Positions 12,553 to 25,946 of a stretch of 64,000 nucleotides of DNA are shown piece by piece. Under the pieces are notes generated by a model that saw nothing but the letters and a program-made list of their open reading frames with translations, searched no databases and was not told where the DNA came from. A program made the translations under genes and the position numbers. Source of the stretch: Cenococcum geophilum (taxonomy: Eukaryota); assembly GCA_050273025.1 (NCBI GenBank), contig CP158635.1:31682001-31746000 (forward strand), given 5' to 3'. Every line of letters begins with the position of its first letter. Positions within the stretch are counted from its first letter, which is position 1.

Positions 12553-15500
12553 TATAACGGAACCTTATAGCAGGTACTATGGTAGGCTCGTTAATAGGCT
12601 AGGTATATAGGTAATGTAAGTTAAAGCCAACAACGTAATAACAACTAGTGGAGTGGTTGCCTAATAGATTAACTCTAATTGTATTCTGAGAATTACTATA
12701 AGGAAGGAACTATCTAGGTAGGGATTAAGGGTCCTTAAATATACAACCATACTCCTATAAAATCCTTCTTATACGTAATATACATGCGCTCTATCTACTC
12801 TGTTACGGATTATATAGATTATATAAATTATATAGATTATATAAATTATATAGATTACGTCACATAACCTTAGTTACTATTCCTCGTCACATAGCTCTAT
12901 TGGCTCTATCTTAAACCATACTTAAATTAACTAACTAACTTCTTCTAACTCTTCCTTAAGTAGTTATAATATTATACTTAAAGCGTCCGTAACACTATCT
13001 CCCTCCTCTTTATCTTTGTCCTTAAAGATTCCTAATATCTTTAAGTTATTTACTAGAGGTATAATATCCGTCTAATTAATTTAGTTAATATTTTTACTTA
13101 TTATACCTAAAGCAATTTCTTCTTCCTTAACTACTCGTTGTGTCCGTACTGTTGCTATAATATTATCTCTTAGTGAGATTATGCTATCTCTGTATTCTCG
13201 TTGTTTAAAAAAGGGGCTAGTCTATATTACGTTGGCAAGTCCATCTTCGCGATAACCGTTCTCTTATTTAGAGTGTACTAAAGTAAATATTTATTCGTCC
13301 TATAATATTCGCTCTATCTCTAATGCTAAATATACGCGACCTATTACTCTTAATAGTCGTCTAGTTCCCTAATTAATTTGTCTTAGGGTCTTATATTTAA
13401 TCTACTACTACGTAGCTAGATAATAAACTGTCTATTACTTTAGCGGAACTACGCCGTTCCCGTAATACTAAATAAGAGGCTGCTAAAGCTTAGTAAAGAG
13501 CCCTTAATTCTCGCCTAGCTACGTCCGCTTGGCTAATCTATCTTAAGAAGGTTCGTAAGAAGGTCTATTTTAAGGAGTAGAAACTTATAAAATAGGGTTT
13601 ATAGGAACTTAGTAATAAAAGAACGGATTATCTTTTAGCCGAAAAGGAAATAGATCTAAGTAGTTCGGTAACTGCTCTTCTTAGGTCCCCTTTAGGTAAC
13701 TTATTTTTTAGTAATCCTTCTTTATTAATACTACCTAACCTAATTTTTTCTAATACTCTTATACCTTTCCTATAGCGTTCTTTAAATTTTCTAGTGGCTC
13801 TTAGGTAGTCTTATTATAGCCTATCTACTTAACCTTATACTATATTTTATCGTTAATATCCTTATAACTAACGATCTTAGAAACTTGCTATTTATCTTCC
13901 TCTTATCCTCTATATATGTCTACTTTATAAACCAGTGGCTTAACATTCCCATATACTGGCTCTAGTATTGCGATATACTATATAGGGTAAATCTTCATTT
14001 TAGCTAGTAGGTCTAACTTAAACGTGACTGGTGAAATCCTCTATATAATTTTAAAAGGTCCTAATCTAATATGGTCTAACTTCTTGCTTAGTTGTTAACT
14101 CTTAAAATTTTTATATAGTAGCTACACTTTATCTCCCTCCTTAAGATCTGGTCCCTTAGATCTCTTAGCATTATAGTACTTTTTCATTCTTTCTTATACT
14201 TTCTTTATTAATTCCATAAGGTCTATATAAAGATTTATTAACATCTTTATTCTTTCTTTAGCTGTGCTACTTATCTTCTTTACTTATTATAGTAACAACG
14301 ATGTTCTTAGCTTATATCTATAGTTTGCCTTAAATAGTAATATGCTTATTCCTTCTTAAGGTATTACGTTGTATATAAACTATATAACTAGTAATAGCGA
14401 TACCCAATTATTCTGTGCGTAATTAATATAATACCTTAAATACTATTCTAATGTCTAGTTTAATCTTTTTGTTTAACTATTTGTCTGCGGATAATATATA
14501 GTAAAAGTTGCTACTCTAACTCCTTATTCCGCTAAGAATACCTCCTAAAATACTACTATAAATCTTAGGTCTCTGTCCAATATAATTTTACTTAGTACTC
14601 TATATCTTGCAAATACTTCTTTAATATAGATTCTAGCGACATTTTCTGCTGATATTTCTTCTGTATATGCTATAAAGTATCCCCACTTTGTAAGTTTGTC
14701 TACTATTGCTAAGATTACGTTATAATCTTATTTAGTAATAGAATCTCTTAACTTTAGTAACTTAATAATAAAGTCCTATAATATAACCTCCTATAGTTTT
14801 TCTAGTATTTTAATAAGTTGTAGCCCTCCGTATGGCTTATGCCTTATTAGTTTATTCCTTTAATAATCTAGATATTCTTTTATAACTTTTCGCGCTAAGC
14901 CCTAGATTCCGTTAATAATATACTCCTCTTAAAGTCTTAACACTAAGCCCGTAGCTCTATTATATTCTTAAGTTAATCCTTTATAGAATTCTTTTATAAA
15001 TTACTCTGCTATGCTTCTTAGGATATACTTTACTTCTTAATTTTTGTATATATCTGTCTATAGATCTTCTAGTTATGCCTTTAGAATTCTTTATACCTAA
15101 AAGCTTTCTAGTGTCTTATAAACTCTATTTAGTTCTTCCTAAGTTGCTATAATTTTTGGATAATTATACCTAATTAATCCATCTGTGTCTTTTCGCAATA
15201 AAGCCCCTAATAGCTTTTTATTATTTTATAATTTAGCTTTTCTACTTAAAGCGTCTGCTTATATATTATCTGTACCCTTAGTATACTAAATCTTAAAATA
15301 GTATTCTATAAGCATCTCTGCCCATCTAACCTATCTTTAGTTAAGTTCCTTTATTATTAGGAATCCTATTAGGTTCTTATAATCCGTTTTAACTATAAAT
15401 AGTTTCTCTATACCTTATAAGAATGCTCTCTATTTCTTTAGTGCTATAACTATACCTAATAACTCCTTATTATAGATGTTATAGTTTAACTCTAGTAGTG

Positions 15501-18500
15501 TTATCTTCCAACTATAGTATACTACTAGGTACTATCTATCTTAATATTTCTGTATAAAGCATACCCCTAGTATAAAGTCTAATATGTTTATCTCTATAAC
15601 CGTTTCTAGTTCTAGTTAATAAATTTTAAGAACTAGCTCTTAGGTAAATAACCTTTTAACTTTTTTAAATAATTCCCGCTATTCCTTTCCCTATACCTAT
15701 AGTTCTTCTTTCTTTATTAACCGCGTAAATAGCTTAATATCCTTTAACTACTATACTATAAACCTTCTGCAGTAATTATAAAACCCTAGAAACAATCTTA
15801 ACTATATAACGTTCTCTAGTTCTTGCCAATTTATTATAGCCTCGATCTTTTTTAGATCTATATTAAGTTGGCCTAGTTTAATAATAAATTTAACAAAATC
15901 GGTCTTCCTAGTGAAGAACTCGTATTTCTTAATTATTACTAGCATCTGTTCTTCCTATAGTCTCTTTAAGACCCATTTAACGTGTTCTCCATATTCTTCC
16001 TTAGTTATTAAGTAGATAATGATATTATTAAGATATACCATAATAAATTCATCTAAGTGTTCTTCTAATATATTATCAATACGCTTCTAGAACGTTGCTA
16101 GTGCGTTTATAAGCCTAAATTATATAACTAATAGTTTATATAGTCCTTCCTTTAATCTAAAGGCTGCCTTTTATTCGTTGCCTTCCTTAATCCGGATTTA
16201 ATAGTATGCCTATCTTAGGTCTATCTTTATAAAGATTTATACATTACCTATCCTATCTTAGATTTCGCTAATTAAGGGTAAAGGATACCTATCCTTTCCA
16301 GTAATACTATTTAACTATCTATAGTTAATACACAGCCTTAGTTTACTATTCTTCTTTAGTACGAATAGTACTAGATAACCCGCTAATAACTATAACGGTC
16401 TAATATATCCCTTTTATAGGTTTTTCTAAATAAACTCTTTTAGTGCTCTACCTTCTTCTTTAGTAAGCTTATAGATTGGAAAGAACTTTAGACTTATTCC
16501 TAGTTCTAACTCTATCTTATAGTCCTATACTATATATTCCAACAGCTTCTTACTCTCTAGTAACTATAGTTTCTTACTATACTTATAGTATCTCTTTAGT
16601 ACATAACTTAGTCCTTTTTCTGTTTCTTTATAGGTCGCTCCTACTTAGTACTATACCAACTTGGCTTATTATCGCATCTTACGGCGTTAAGTATCCCTAA
16701 TATTGACCTAACCTGTAATCTAATCAATCTTTAGATTATATTCCTATAACTAAGGCATTCCTAATACTACCTTATTATTCCCCAATGGTAATATATCGAA
16801 AGACATCTCGATTTATCTCCCTTTAATAGTTAACTAAATAGGTCCTGTTTTAAGATTAATAATACCTCCTCTATAAGCTATCGGATCTCCTAAAATTGTT
16901 ACTAATAGATAAGGGTACTCCTTTTTCCTATATAGTAACCCTATTCTTTTAACTACTGCTAGTAAGATATAGTTCCTGGTTGCTCCACTATCTATTAATA
17001 CCTTAAACTGTTAATCTTGCCACTTTACTTATAAATTTAGGTATTGTCCTTGAATTTCTTTAAGGGTCTAAGGCTTTACTACTAGTTCCCTCTGGTCCCG
17101 GAGGCCTCTACTTTTCCTAACTATTAGCTACTTAATCCTATTTATACTTAGTCCACTTTTAGCCAATACTTAGTTTGCTTTTTGTCTTTAATATACTATA
17201 GATATATATTCTCTAGGTATTCCTATTACTGTCGTCTATCTAGGCATTCTTCCGTAAGGAATCTTCCTGGTTAAAGTATTAAGTCCCCTTAAGCTTATAC
17301 TTTTACTAGGTACTAACTATGCATATACTTAACGTTTTAATATTTCGTCTTGTTTAATAACCAGTATATCCTTACTAGGTACTTCCGGTTCTTATCTTTT
17401 AGTGCTCTATATATATTATACGCATTATCTACATACGTAATCTATGCTAATATGTAATATGCTTAGTGTTTTAGGTTAACTCTTAGCTTATTTTTATCTT
17501 TAAGTTTAAACCTCTCTTATGTTAATCTAAGCGTTACGACTTTATTCGTAAGTATTATAACTTACCTCCCGCTTCTCTAGTTCTCTAATTACTCTTTTAG
17601 ATCCTTTAATATTATAATTAAGGCTCCTTTAATGTAACTTATCGCCTTTTCTATAATCGGGTGGTCTTAAATAACTTTTTCGTCCAACTATATATAGAAA
17701 TCTTCCCACTTGTCATTATGCCTTTGCCTATACCACTTTTAGTATAGCTGCTAGAGTGTATACGGCGTATCCGTAAGGAAGTATCTTCTTATTACTATAT
17801 CGTAACAGCCCTTTATATATCATTCTTTGAACCTAGTTAAAATCCCTAAATCCTCTTCTTATTCCAGTTTAGTAAGCTACTTAGCTTTTAGTGTACCTAC
17901 TTTAGGCCTATTAGTGATCCTTTATATAGGTGTTCTGTCCCTTATACGACCTAGTATACTAAATCTCTTATCTAGTTTCTAATCTTGCTATACGATAATT
18001 CTTGCTCTAAATTCCTCCATAGTTTCTTTTAGTTTGCGTCTTATAGATTAATCCTTAAAGTCTTCCTACTTCTTAATCTTGGCATTAACATTTTAATCTT
18101 TAGGCTAAACACTGCGTTCTCCTAGTAAGTCCTCTAGGTCTATATATCTGTCTCCTAGTCTAACTACTATTTATACTACAGATTCTCTAATCTATAAAGA
18201 AGCCTCTTGCCTCTTACTTATAGGTTCCCTTATTTGTACTCCGAATCTTTAGTCCCTTAGATTCTTTAATCCTAAGCTGGCTTTTATCTTAAGCTTCGCT
18301 CCTACCTTAGTCCAACTAGGCTTAGGTGTTCTTATCTCGTCTTAAGAGTCTTAAATCTTACTTATCTTATCTTAAGAGTCTTATGCCTATAGGAAACTCT
18401 GTCCCGAGCTTATTTGTATATCTTTAAACTAAGCTACTGCTCTTCTCTATCGGTTATCGTCTGTTATAGGTCCTTAAGCTTACCTTATCTCATCTTAAGA

Positions 18501-20538
18501 ATCTTAGTCGTCTCTTATCTTATCTTAAGAATCTTAAGCCTTTAGCCTTTTGCCTTTATTAAGTGCTAAAGTGGTTCGCTATCTTACTTCTCTTACGTCT
18601 CGTAAAGCGATAGACATCGTATCTAGTAGGGTCTTAATCCCTACTAATATTCCCTATTCTATAGTGGAATTATCCTTTACCTCTAGTATAATATCTCTAA
18701 TAGCTTCGCGTTCCTAGTAAACTGCCTCTATTACCTTATTGTTACGAAATATTTCGCCTATATTAAATTTATTGTCCTTAATATCCAATCTGCGAACTAG
18801 TTTATTAGTTCCTCTATACTCTATAGATTTTGGCTCCTATAGCTAATAGCTTACGCCGTACTTAGCGTCTTTATAAATTCGGTATGCGTTATTATAATAA
18901 AACGCGAAACTTCTAATTAAATATTCTTTTGTTCCTCGCAGTATACTATCGTCCCTCTATATATATATATCCTCTACTACCAGTCTTATTTCCTTTATTA
19001 CATAGTAACTCTAACCATCTTTATAATCCCTTACAAAATAACCTTATTTCCCACAATTTATACAAGCTCCATCTTTAAACTATTAACTTTGCTATAGAGT
19101 CCGCCTAAACGTCTTCTATTACTAAGATCCCTGGTTTAGCCTATACTCCTTAGTCCTATAATTACTAAATCCTTAACCTCTAGGTTTCTACAGTTTCTTA
19201 CTCCATCTTTTATAGGCTTCTTTAGTACTACTTAGGTCTATTAGCTCTGCGCCATACTATAGTTTTTAACTTAGCTTTAGTCGTTGCGTACTCTACGCCT
19301 TATATAACTATAGAACTCTATTCTAGCCTCTCTTAGCCTATTCCCTTTGGTAGATCTAATTGTTAATCTTAATCGCTTAATCTATTAGTTCCCTTAGGGT
19401 GTCCGTATCTTCTATTAGGATAATCGCGTCCTAGACTTTAGCCTTAAGTCTTTATTTATACTGTGCTATAAGCGCCTTATTATTCCACTTAACTTACGTA
19501 GCTAATATCTGGAACTATATTATGTACTTAATTGCTAAGGTCCGTTACGTAATATCTTGGAGTTTTTTTTCCGCCGTAGTTACTGCCTTTAGGTCTCTAA
19601 ACATTTATATAAGTCGCTCTGCGAACCCTTCCTAGCTTAAGAACATAAATCGCACCTTTTAGTTAGTGGTTGTTATTCTATTTGCCTATATTTCTATAAG
19701 GTAAGGCTTAAACTATTTAAGTGCCTTCCCTAATAGGAATAGTTCTGCATAGGCTATTCGATCCATAGGTATTAGTAGCTTTACCCCTTTTTATATGACT
19801 TTAAAGTGCATTTACGTAAGAAATCCTTTAAGCTTTAATCTCTCTCCTAAGTATCTCTTAATTAATAGTAACTTAATCTTCGCTGCTCCTATCCTATTAA
19901 CCCTTTCTTCTAGCGCCGCATTATTAGTTGTTAATTGGTTAACTATCTCTTATAGTTATCTAACTATTATAGGTTGCTGCGAGTTAGTATCTACTATACT
20001 AGTATCGCCTCCTGACCTTAAAGTAGTTGCCGCCGTCAATAGCGTCGTGGTGGCTGCTTTTGGTGGCATATTATTTAACTTTCTATACTTAATACCGTAA
20101 CTAGGTAGTAATTATATAACGGAACCTTGTAGCAGGTACTATGGTAGGCTCGTTAATAGGCTAGGTGTATAGGTAATATAAGTTAAAGCCAACAACGTAA
20201 TAATAACTGGTGGAGTGGTTGCCTAATAGATTAACTCTAATTATATTCTAAGAATCACTACAAGGAAGGAACTATCTAGGTAAGGACTAAGGGTCCTTAA
20301 ATACACAACCGTACTCCTATAAAATCCTTCTTATACGTAATATACGTGCGCTCTATCTACTCTATTATGGATTATATAGATTGTACAGATTATACAGATC
20401 ACGTCACGTGACCTTGGTTACTATTCCTCGTCACATAGCTCTATCGGCTCCATTCTAGACCGTGCTTAAATTAACCAACTAGCTTCTTCCAACTCTTCCC
20501 CAAGTAGTCGTAACATCGTACTTAAAGCGTCCGTAACA
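12553..20538 (-). mobile_element. Gypsy-A, complete chromovirus-type LTR retrotransposon (~8 kb)
   Basis: LTRs at 12553-12994 and 20115-20538; TSD ATAAG on both sides; PPT AAGAGGAGGGAGATAG next to 12995; gag ATG at 20069; RT VYLNNIII (=YLDD) at ~16030; then RNase H, integrase and a chromodomain at ~13780-13910. Confidence 0.95.
13103..13700 (+). pseudogene. Antisense accessory ORF of Gypsy-A, Zn2Cys6-like motif plus coiled coil
   Basis: 13193-13303 gives Cx2Cx6Cx13Cx2Cx8C if four TAT codons are RIP-derived TGT. It is followed by a probable intron (~13330-13386) and a helical EAAKA**RALNSRLATSAWLIYLKKVRKK segment. Confidence 0.55.
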
Positions 20539-22059
20539 ATAAGCTAGAAATCCTAAACTAAATCTTTTATAGAATTTTTAGAATCTATTTAATATCCCTA
20601 AGCTAAATCTATAGTATATACCTGGTATAGAATTATCTACTATATTATAAATAAGTACAGTAGATAATAATATAGTATTAGTATTAGATACGTCGCGCGT
20701 ATCCATAGTATATACGGCGTAGATACCACATCTACTATCTTAAAGTTAAACACCTTAGACTGTAGGTAAAAGGTATAGGTCTAACATATTTATAAAGGAG
20801 ATAGAAAAGGAGGTATATATACTATATATAGAAAATATAAAGCGACGAATTAGTAAATTAAAATAGGCTAAAGATATATATAATAAAGTAAAGGAACTAG
20901 TAGAGCTTAAGAAATAGGCGTATATATATAGTATACGGAGAGCAAGTGTTATAGAGTTTTATTACTACAAATAAAGAATTAGTTAATATGGGCCTATAGC
21001 CCCCGCGCCCTATATTGGGTATATACCTAGCCTATCCGCCTAGTAAACTTTATTAAAACTCTAATAATATATACTATATACTACGTATATAGTGTATAGG
21101 CCTAGTATATGCTAGGACTTAACTAGTAAGGCAGAATAAGTAATAGCCTCTACCTATAGTAGGAGAGGCTTATATAGAGTATAAGTATAATATACGTAGT
21201 AGAATAAACTAAACTTACTAGAGCTCTTACTACCACCGTAGCGGCGGCTAGTTATTTTTCTGCCCCCTATTTTAGATTTTGTACTTAGAGCTACTTATAA
21301 TAGGTATTCCTAAAAGATCTACTAGTTTAAAGCTCCTAGGACACGATTTTTAAAGTTTAATACTATACTACTATTACGACCTTCTTGCAGTGGCTAAGCT
21401 ATCCCTAATCTCCTCCCCATACTTCCCTTACTCCTATTACTTAGCGCCGAGCTATTATATTATCGCCGAGCTATTGCGTCGCCGTATATCTAAACTGGGT
21501 GGGTAACGACGTGGTTAATTAATTATATTAGACGTTGCTACTTAGTATATAAAGCTTTAAATTGGAATTATAATCTACTATATTAGATCCTAGGTAGAGG
21601 GCTTTATATTAAAGCTTTATAGTCTAAATATATACTAGATCTGTAACTAATATAATCTTTAAGCCTAGTTTAAGTAGGGCGCCCTAGTTACTATAGTAGA
21701 TCCTTATCTAGCAGTATCTAAAGCGCCTTAATTTTACTACTACTTCTAAATTAAGTAAAAGCTCTATATAGGGGGGTTCTAGGGGGTCTCCCCTAGAAAA
21801 CCTTATCTCTTTATATATTAATTAAAGCTTATAGAAGTTAAGGCCACCTTATACACGGTCCTACCCTTATATTACAGCACTACAAAACAGCAGTTATAGT
21901 AAACGTTATAGTAGACGCAGAGCTTATGTAACCTTACGTGACCTATAGATTGTATATAACTTCTTGCGTTACTACCTATCTCTCCCTTTCCTTTTCTTTA
22001 GCTTTAGATTGTTGCTTATAGACAATCTAATTATATAGGCTGTATGCATCCTTTTTGCC

Positions 22060-22698
22060 CGTGTTACCATTAGCACGTTAAATATAAGGTGTATAGGCGA
22101 ATTGGTGTTTATACCCTATACAAGACAACCTCGTGAAAATTTTCCTATGGGAGTGGGTTTACGTAACGAGGTTCGCCTTATAAAATACCATTAATAGGTT
22201 ACTTTTGGGGAGAGTACCTATTAATTACTAATTCCCTACCCATTTCTTTAGCAAGGAAAAGAGATAGGGTATAGGATAAAAAGTCGCTTTAGGGGTAATT
22301 GGTAGCTGCTTCCAAGCTAGCAAGCTATTGTAACGCCTCTTATTCTTAAGTGCAAAACTATTTAATAAAAATCTTTCTTTTAGAGCGCTTTTTCTACTCT
22401 AGGAACGGCAGAATACGGCAGAAATAGATAAAAGAGCCAGGATTTCCTTAGTGCGATTTTCTTGGCATAAACTAGACCATAGTGAGCAAGATATCAGGAC
22501 AAAACACCAATAGGCTAGGAGCTCCCCCTAGTATTTAAAACGGGCCAGAGTGTCCACTTAGCTACTAGTACATGTTAAGCTGCCTAGGAAGGATTCATGT
22601 ATATAGAACTATAGCGCCATAGCCTAGAGGCTGCATGCGCAGTATTGTACGTAGTATAATACAATGGATATAAAAAAAAAAAAAAAAAAAAAAAAAAA
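22060..22698 (+). mobile_element. Non-coding poly(A) retroposon (SINE-like or LINE derivative), 639 bp, inside the 5' LTR of Gypsy-B
   Basis: 14-bp TSD GCATCCTTTTTGCC at 22046-22059 and 22699-22712; long poly(A); the last ~110 bp match 39587-39697. Confidence 0.9.
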
Positions 22699-25600
22699 GC
22701 ATCCTTTTTGCCATGCTTATACTTTAATTAACTAAGTCCGCAATATTATCTAAAGCTTATTCTACTCTTCTTTTCTTCTAAGAAGGAATTTAAATATATC
22801 TATAGATACCTATAGATTATAAATAGGATAAGGATAGGACACGATCTTAAAGATAAAATAGGACCTTAAGGATAGAACAGGATATGTACGGACTATTACC
22901 TCTAAAAAAAATCTTTTTACCTAAAATTACCTAACACCTATGCCACTATGCTAAGAAATATGGTAGTCAGTAAATTAGCTACAGGACCCTTAAACAGCTC
23001 TAAAGATAAAACAATTACTGTCTTAACCCTCCTAGGCGGAGCTTGCGGTAGCTAATACCGAAATTAAATAACTGCGAGAGCTGCTTAAAGCTATAGATAT
23101 CCCTATATCTAATAATAAGTTATTATTAAATAACTAAAGACTTACTACGGTCCTTTAGGCCCTATTTTAGCGCCTTAGCGGATCTACTAAGGCCTATATA
23201 GTACCGTCGCGGTTTATAAAGATCGCGGACCCCCTATTACTTATAGATGGAATAGACCCAATATTTAATAACTAGAAGCTTTAATTACGAGACAAGCTTA
23301 AAGTTAATGTTAACTATTTTTCTACCCCCCCAAGCTAAAATAGCTTATATTTTTAGCCGTACTAGTAGGGACACCTAGACGCACTTATGCCCGTAATACA
23401 CTAAGGACTTAGTAAACCCCTTTGTCTCTAAAGAAGAAATAATTAACTATTTATCTTCTATTTATAAAGACCCTTTTAAAGTATAGAACGCCTGCCTTAG
23501 CTATAAAAGCATAAATATAAAAATAACGGAGACCTTTTTGGCCTTCTAGACCCGCTTTTTATACCTAGCTAGGCCTAGATTCCCTAGAAAGACCTACTAC
23601 TAGACCTCTTTAATAAGCTTACCCTAGACCTATAGCGGGCCGTACTACTAGTTTATACTATATTATAGACGTTAAAAGAACTTATAGACTACTGCCTGGC
23701 TATTAACTAAGGCCTCCGTTAAATTAAGGCATATACTAATTAGATAAAGGCTAGGATTCCCTTAAATTAAGCTATAAATAATACAAGAACGGCCTGTAAT
23801 GCCCTAGCACAACCTTTAACACCTACCGCGCCGGCTATATAGCTAGCTGCCAACTAAGTAGCTAGCTGTGTAGCTAGTCCTACCGCAGGCCTAGTGTCTA
23901 CTTAGCCTACTTATAGCGACCCCTATAGACAGGCCCTTAGTAACTAAGAAGCCTGATTTTTATACGGCTAAAAAAAACACTTTATAAACGATTGCCTAAC
24001 TAAGATAAAAGTGGACAAAGTCCTGTTAATCTAAAAGGATAGTATAAAGTTAGAAAAAAAGAAACCCTAGAGAAAGACTCCTCTCTAGGGTTAAAAGGGA
24101 TTAATATATTACACGTCAATCTAGGACGGCTAATTAGTAAAAAAGCTGCACTACTCCTTATACTTTATTTCATAATAGATATTAAGTTTTAACCTCTGCT
24201 TTAGCTAACTCTAGAGTAAATATCTTTACTTTAATAGATACCTAGTGTGCCGTAAAGCTGGCTAACTTCCTAAATATATTTATAGAAGATCTACCTAAGC
24301 TAATTTCTATTCATGGGTATAACGGATAGGTAGGGCAACCTATTGCAAGTATTTTGTAGATATACCTCCGCATTAATAGGTAAAGGCAGTATAATATCCC
24401 CTTCCTTATTACCGACCTTAAAAGCTATAATATAATTTAAGGAGAAAGTAGTTAGCCTATTTAGGTTTATAGCTTAATATACGGAATAAACAGCTTATCT
24501 AGCCTAAAACTACCCTAACGCCTTCCTTTATAAAAGAAATTAGTTTTATAATAGAAAACCTTATACGGTTGCGGATAAACACTATTTATTAGGCTAATGT
24601 AATATATAGGGACTAGGCTTTTAAAAAGGATATATAGCTTAACCCGCAACGGATCTATATACTACGCCGCCCCTAGACTACCTATATTACGCCACCTATA
24701 TAAAAGACTTAGGAAATTGGTAGTAGCCTAGCTAAGTCTCCTATAGAGAGCTTAGGCCCTATATAGCCACGAAGGAAAGCTAAGAATATTAGATAATATA
24801 CTAAACTAATAAACTGGAAGAATAACTTACAGAAAATGGAATATAAGCTAAGAAAGACTATAAACCTTATACCGCAAAATACGGCCTAATAAATATCCGT
24901 AAAGAAACCTACAGACCTTTTACTAGTTAATGTCTATTATATTAGCGCCGTAGGATTTTACTAGAACTTAGTTTAGCCTAATACTATTGCCTTTATAATT
25001 AGCTTATACGAAATTAATTAAATAATTAAAGAAAAGGAACCCCTGGCCTAAAAGAAAGATAAGCTTATAGATAATGAGCTAGTGGAATAGAAACTGCCCT
25101 ACAGATATTAGAAATTTAAGACGCGTTTTTTAAAGTAGCGTTTAATATACTTCTACCTTACCGACCGTACGAACTATAAGATTAAGATTAAACCAGGTAA
25201 AGAAGACACCCTTAGCTATAGCCCCCTTTATTAATAATCTACTGTCAAATTATAGGCTATAAAGTAATACCTTATTAATAACCTGGATAAGGGCTTTATT
25301 AAGCCTAGTTAAGCCCCTTTTAACTTACCTATCCTTTTTATTAAAAAATCTAATAGAGGACTTTGTTTCTATATTAACTACTATAAGCTTAATATTATAA
25401 CCCGCAAGGACCGCTACCCACTACCCCTACTTAATAAGACTTTAGCCTAAATAAGTAAAGCTAAAATCTTTATAAAGCTTAATATCCGTTAGGCTTTCTA
25501 CCAAATTAGAATAGACTCTAGATTAGAAGATCTTACTATATTTTAGACCCGCTATAAAATATATAAATATAAAGTACTTTCTTTCGGACTAACTAACGGA

Positions 25601-25946
25601 CTGGCTATATATTAGCGATATATAAATAATATATTATTTAACTACCTTAATGGCTTCTATACAGCCTACTTAAATAATATTATAATCTACATTAAGAATA
25701 AATTAGAATATAAGGAGTATGTCTATAAAGTCCTATAACGGCTTTAAGAAGCTAGCCTCTAGGTTAATATTAAGAAATTAGAATTTAGTGTTAAGTATAT
25801 AAAGTACTAAGGGTTTATTATTAGTATAAACGGAATTAAGGCAGACCTAAAAAAGACGGCTATAATTAACTAGTGGGAACCCCTATAGACCGTAAAGGGG
25901 GTATAGTTATTTCTAGGATTTTGTAACTTCTACTAGCACTTTATTA

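Noticed and set aside
22060..22200. tRNA- or 5S-derived head for the 0.64-kb retroposon
   Set aside because: Only a partial GGTTCG B-box-like word is present; no convincing A box or cloverleaf by eye.
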